From NCBI GenBank assembly GCA_034435155.1, contig DAOTYG010000103.1:1-16084 (forward strand): a stretch of 16,084 nt of DNA. The letters are read 5' to 3'. The translations under genes were made by a program, and so were the position numbers. This DNA comes from Anaerolineae bacterium. GTDB lineage: Bacteria; Chloroflexota; JAHJIN01. This document shows, one piece after another, positions 14,337-16,084 of the stretch. The number at the start of each line of letters is the position of its first letter. The stretch's first letter is position 1. The notes under the pieces were generated by a model. That model was not told where the DNA came from and made no database searches. It worked only from the letters and a program-made list of their open reading frames with translations.

Positions 14337-14885
14337 GTGCTCCAGGCCTATTATGCCCGCCTGAACGGCATTGACGAGAACGTGCGGGACCTGACCAAGT
14401 TCTTCTTCGGGATCAACACCCTGGTCATCGGCCTGGTCATCCAGTTCGTCAAGGACGACGTGCAGCAACTTATCCTTGCCATCTTCGGCTACTCTATTTC
14501 CGTGGCCATCTACCTGATCACATACAAGTACTTCCTGTCGTGGAAGCTATATGCGCGGGACATGGACGAGCTCGAGGACCGGCTGGACTATGACATCTCG
14601 CGCCGGTACGGGGAGCGATTGGCCCAGACCCCCGGCAAGACCGTGCGGGTGACGCTGGTGCGGATGCGGTTCAACTTTCTCTTCGTCTTGTTTTGGCTGG
14701 GTGTCATCGCTTACTTTGGGTACAAGCTGTCCTCGATGTATTCCATCGGCTTCTGGGCCACGGCGCTACTATACGTCGTGGCCTTTTTTGTCGTGGCCGC
14801 TGCGCCGTGGGTCTACTTCGCCGGGACGTTGCGACCGGGGGTGCTCTGGGCCGTGGTGGGGGCGCTGTGGGCGCGGGAGGTGTGA
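14337..14885 (+). CDS. Small integral membrane protein (4 predicted TM helices), function unknown; frame is continuous upstream to ATG 14271 through an in-frame TAG at 14331
   Basis: 182 aa from a GTG start with strong GC3 bias. Hydrophobic segments are FFFGINTLVIGLVIQFV, LILAIFGYSISVAIYLITYKYFL, FNFLFVLFWLGVIAYFGY and FWATALLYVVAFFVVAAAPWVYF. The upstream in-frame ATG at 14271 has a GAGG Shine-Dalgarno 9 nt ahead, and its peptide MFTTDTVDRKLGTEERAALD ends at the TAG at 14331. Confidence 0.6.
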   Translation: MLQAYYARLNGIDENVRDLTKFFFGINTLVIGLVIQFVKDDVQQLILAIFGYSISVAIYLITYKYFLSWKLYARDMDELEDRLDYDISRRYGERLAQTPGKTVRVTLVRMRFNFLFVLFWLGVIAYFGYKLSSMYSIGFWATALLYVVAFFVVAAAPWVYFAGTLRPGVLWAVVGALWAREV

Positions 14886-14915
14886 GCGAAGGTTTGCTTT
14901 CCTGGGAGGACGATC

Positions 14916-15866
14916 ATGGCTCTTGAGGATGAGGTAAGAAGTCTGATATCGAGTGAAGTGCTGCCCAAGATCCGTAGGGATCAATGCGTCCTGTTCGTGG
15001 GAGCCGGCTTATCCTGCGAAGCCGGTTTGCCCAGCTCGAGCGACCTGGCGAGGAGACTTGGGCGAACGTTGCCGGAAAGGGAAAGACCAGAGCCGTGTAC
15101 TCTGCGTGAAGTGGCCGAGACATACTTAAGATTCCGCACCAAACAGGAACTCGTGGAGTTCGTCCAGGAAGCCCTGAAACCCATCCGGGGGGAAGATTTG
15201 AATACCACCACCTTTCGCCTGATCGCCCACATTCCACACCTCAACAGAATCATCATCACCACCAATTGGGATACCTTGTTGGAAGGGGCCATTCAAGAGG
15301 TAACAGGGGCACCTCCAGCAATTGTCGTGGAGGATATTGACGTAGGGGGACTGGCTGGTGCTCAATGCGCTATCTACAAGATCCATGGCTCTGTGGATAG
15401 GCCGGGGACTCTTGTGATAACCGAAAGGGACTACCGGCTCAAATATAGGGAGCTATTTGACCCCCGATCGTTGGTCATGGCCCATGTGCGTGCTTTGCTC
15501 GCCCGAAACAACATCATCTATGTAGGATATAGCCTGCGCGACGAGCATTTCGAGGAACTCCTGCGGGAAATTCGGTACGCTTTGACGTATCAAAAAACGG
15601 GAGAGTTCCTGGGCCGCACCAGCTTCCTGGTTACACCCGAAAAACCCGATCAAGAGACACTTAGACGCTTGAGAGGACTAGATATCAGGTGGATCAACGC
15701 TTCGGCACGAGAATTCTTTCAGTTCGTGTTTGCCGAAACAGCCGAGTTTGTCAACCGACAGGAAGAGCTCCAGTTGATTCGGTCGCTGAAGGAACCTTAT
15801 GTAGAGATACACGGCAGTGCGGGGACCGGCAAGACCAGGCTCTTGCGGGAATTAGCCAACAAATAG
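14916..15866 (+). CDS. SIR2-like (SIR2_2/defence-type) domain protein fused to the start of a STAND/NB-ARC-type NTPase, ending right after the P-loop at the IS terminus, consistent with IS-mediated truncation
   Basis: SIR2_2 motifs CVLFVGAGLSCEAGLPS, IIITTNWDTLLE, IYKIHGS and IIYVGYSLRDEHF. After them comes the canonical STAND start FVNRQEELQLIRSL...YVEIHGSAGTGKTRLLRELA. A stop follows 5 codons after the GKT, right at the IS-like terminus. The GC content looks visibly lower than in neighbouring genes. Confidence 0.75.
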   Translation: MALEDEVRSLISSEVLPKIRRDQCVLFVGAGLSCEAGLPSSSDLARRLGRTLPERERPEPCTLREVAETYLRFRTKQELVEFVQEALKPIRGEDLNTTTFRLIAHIPHLNRIIITTNWDTLLEGAIQEVTGAPPAIVVEDIDVGGLAGAQCAIYKIHGSVDRPGTLVITERDYRLKYRELFDPRSLVMAHVRALLARNNIIYVGYSLRDEHFEELLREIRYALTYQKTGEFLGRTSFLVTPEKPDQETLRRLRGLDIRWINASAREFFQFVFAETAEFVNRQEELQLIRSLKEPYVEIHGSAGTGKTRLLRELANK

Positions 15867-16084
15867 TAACTGCCTACCCTCCTGCGAGTAGGGAGACTGG
15901 CTGATGGGCAAAGAGGTTGCGCAGTGTCACAAAGACATTCCGCCCCTGCTTGCGACAGGTGGAAATCACCGCCTGCAAGCGGGCATATACCGTTGCTCCG
16001 TGCTCGGTACGGAAACAGCCGCTCACCTTTTGCTTGATTTTGGCCGGCCGCAGGTCTCGTTCGGCCTGGTTATTGGTGAACGGC
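15867..16084 (-). mobile_element. IS66-family-like insertion sequence, right end with 3' part of its transposase gene (CDS 15875..16084, continues beyond window)
   Basis: The minus-strand translation ends ...PFTNNQAERDLRPAKIKQKVSGCFRTEHGATVYARLQAVISTCRKQGRNVFVTLRNLFAHQPVSLLAGG*. This resembles the conserved IS66 TnpC C-terminus (NNxAERxLRP...GRKNWLF...YSLIxTCKLNG.NP). The terminus GTAACTGCCTACCCTCCTGCGAG begins with GTAA and matches the MITE TIR at 1426. Confidence 0.55.

Overview
High-GC bacterial window (about 16 kb) that mixes housekeeping genes with clear accessory content.

Minus-strand genes, in coordinate order:
- 1..431: the 5' part of a stand-alone FtsK/SpoIIIE-type motor ATPase. A near-consensus sigma70 promoter sits upstream and a Cheo-type LexA box (GAAC-N4-GTTC) overlaps its start region.
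- 746..1168: an SSB gene with its own promoter and terminator.
- 1538..3691: an FAD-dependent amino-acid oxidase family gene plus an ornithine cyclodeaminase/mu-crystallin family gene, as one operon.
- 8061..13922: a tightly packed five-gene operon of a polytopic SPFH protein, a second SPFH paralog, an S24 (LexA-like) peptidase with a non-HTH N-terminal domain, pseudouridine kinase and pseudouridine-5'-phosphate glycosidase. It is driven by a consensus promoter and has a perfect 13-bp palindrome in its leader.

Plus-strand genes:
- 4123..4602: a YbaK-type aminoacyl-tRNA deacylase.
- 4902..5060: a 52-aa Flp-type pilin gene with a consensus promoter, a strong SD and a terminator.
- 5594..7849: a large TgpA-like transglutaminase membrane protein.
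- 14337..14885: a small 4-TM membrane protein whose frame continues upstream through an in-frame TAG.
- 14916..15866: a lower-GC gene for a SIR2 (SIR2_2 family) domain fused to the start of a STAND NTPase. Its frame ends immediately after the P-loop, at the terminus of an IS66-family-like element (15867..16084) whose transposase 3' end is on the minus strand.

Repeats: two families of short dispersed intergenic repeats/MITEs fill most intergenic spacers. One of them carries inverted repeats that match the IS terminus.

The most interesting candidates are the IS-disrupted SIR2-STAND (Avs-like) defence gene with its upstream membrane protein, and the unusual SPFH-SPFH-S24 peptidase-PsuK-PsuG operon.
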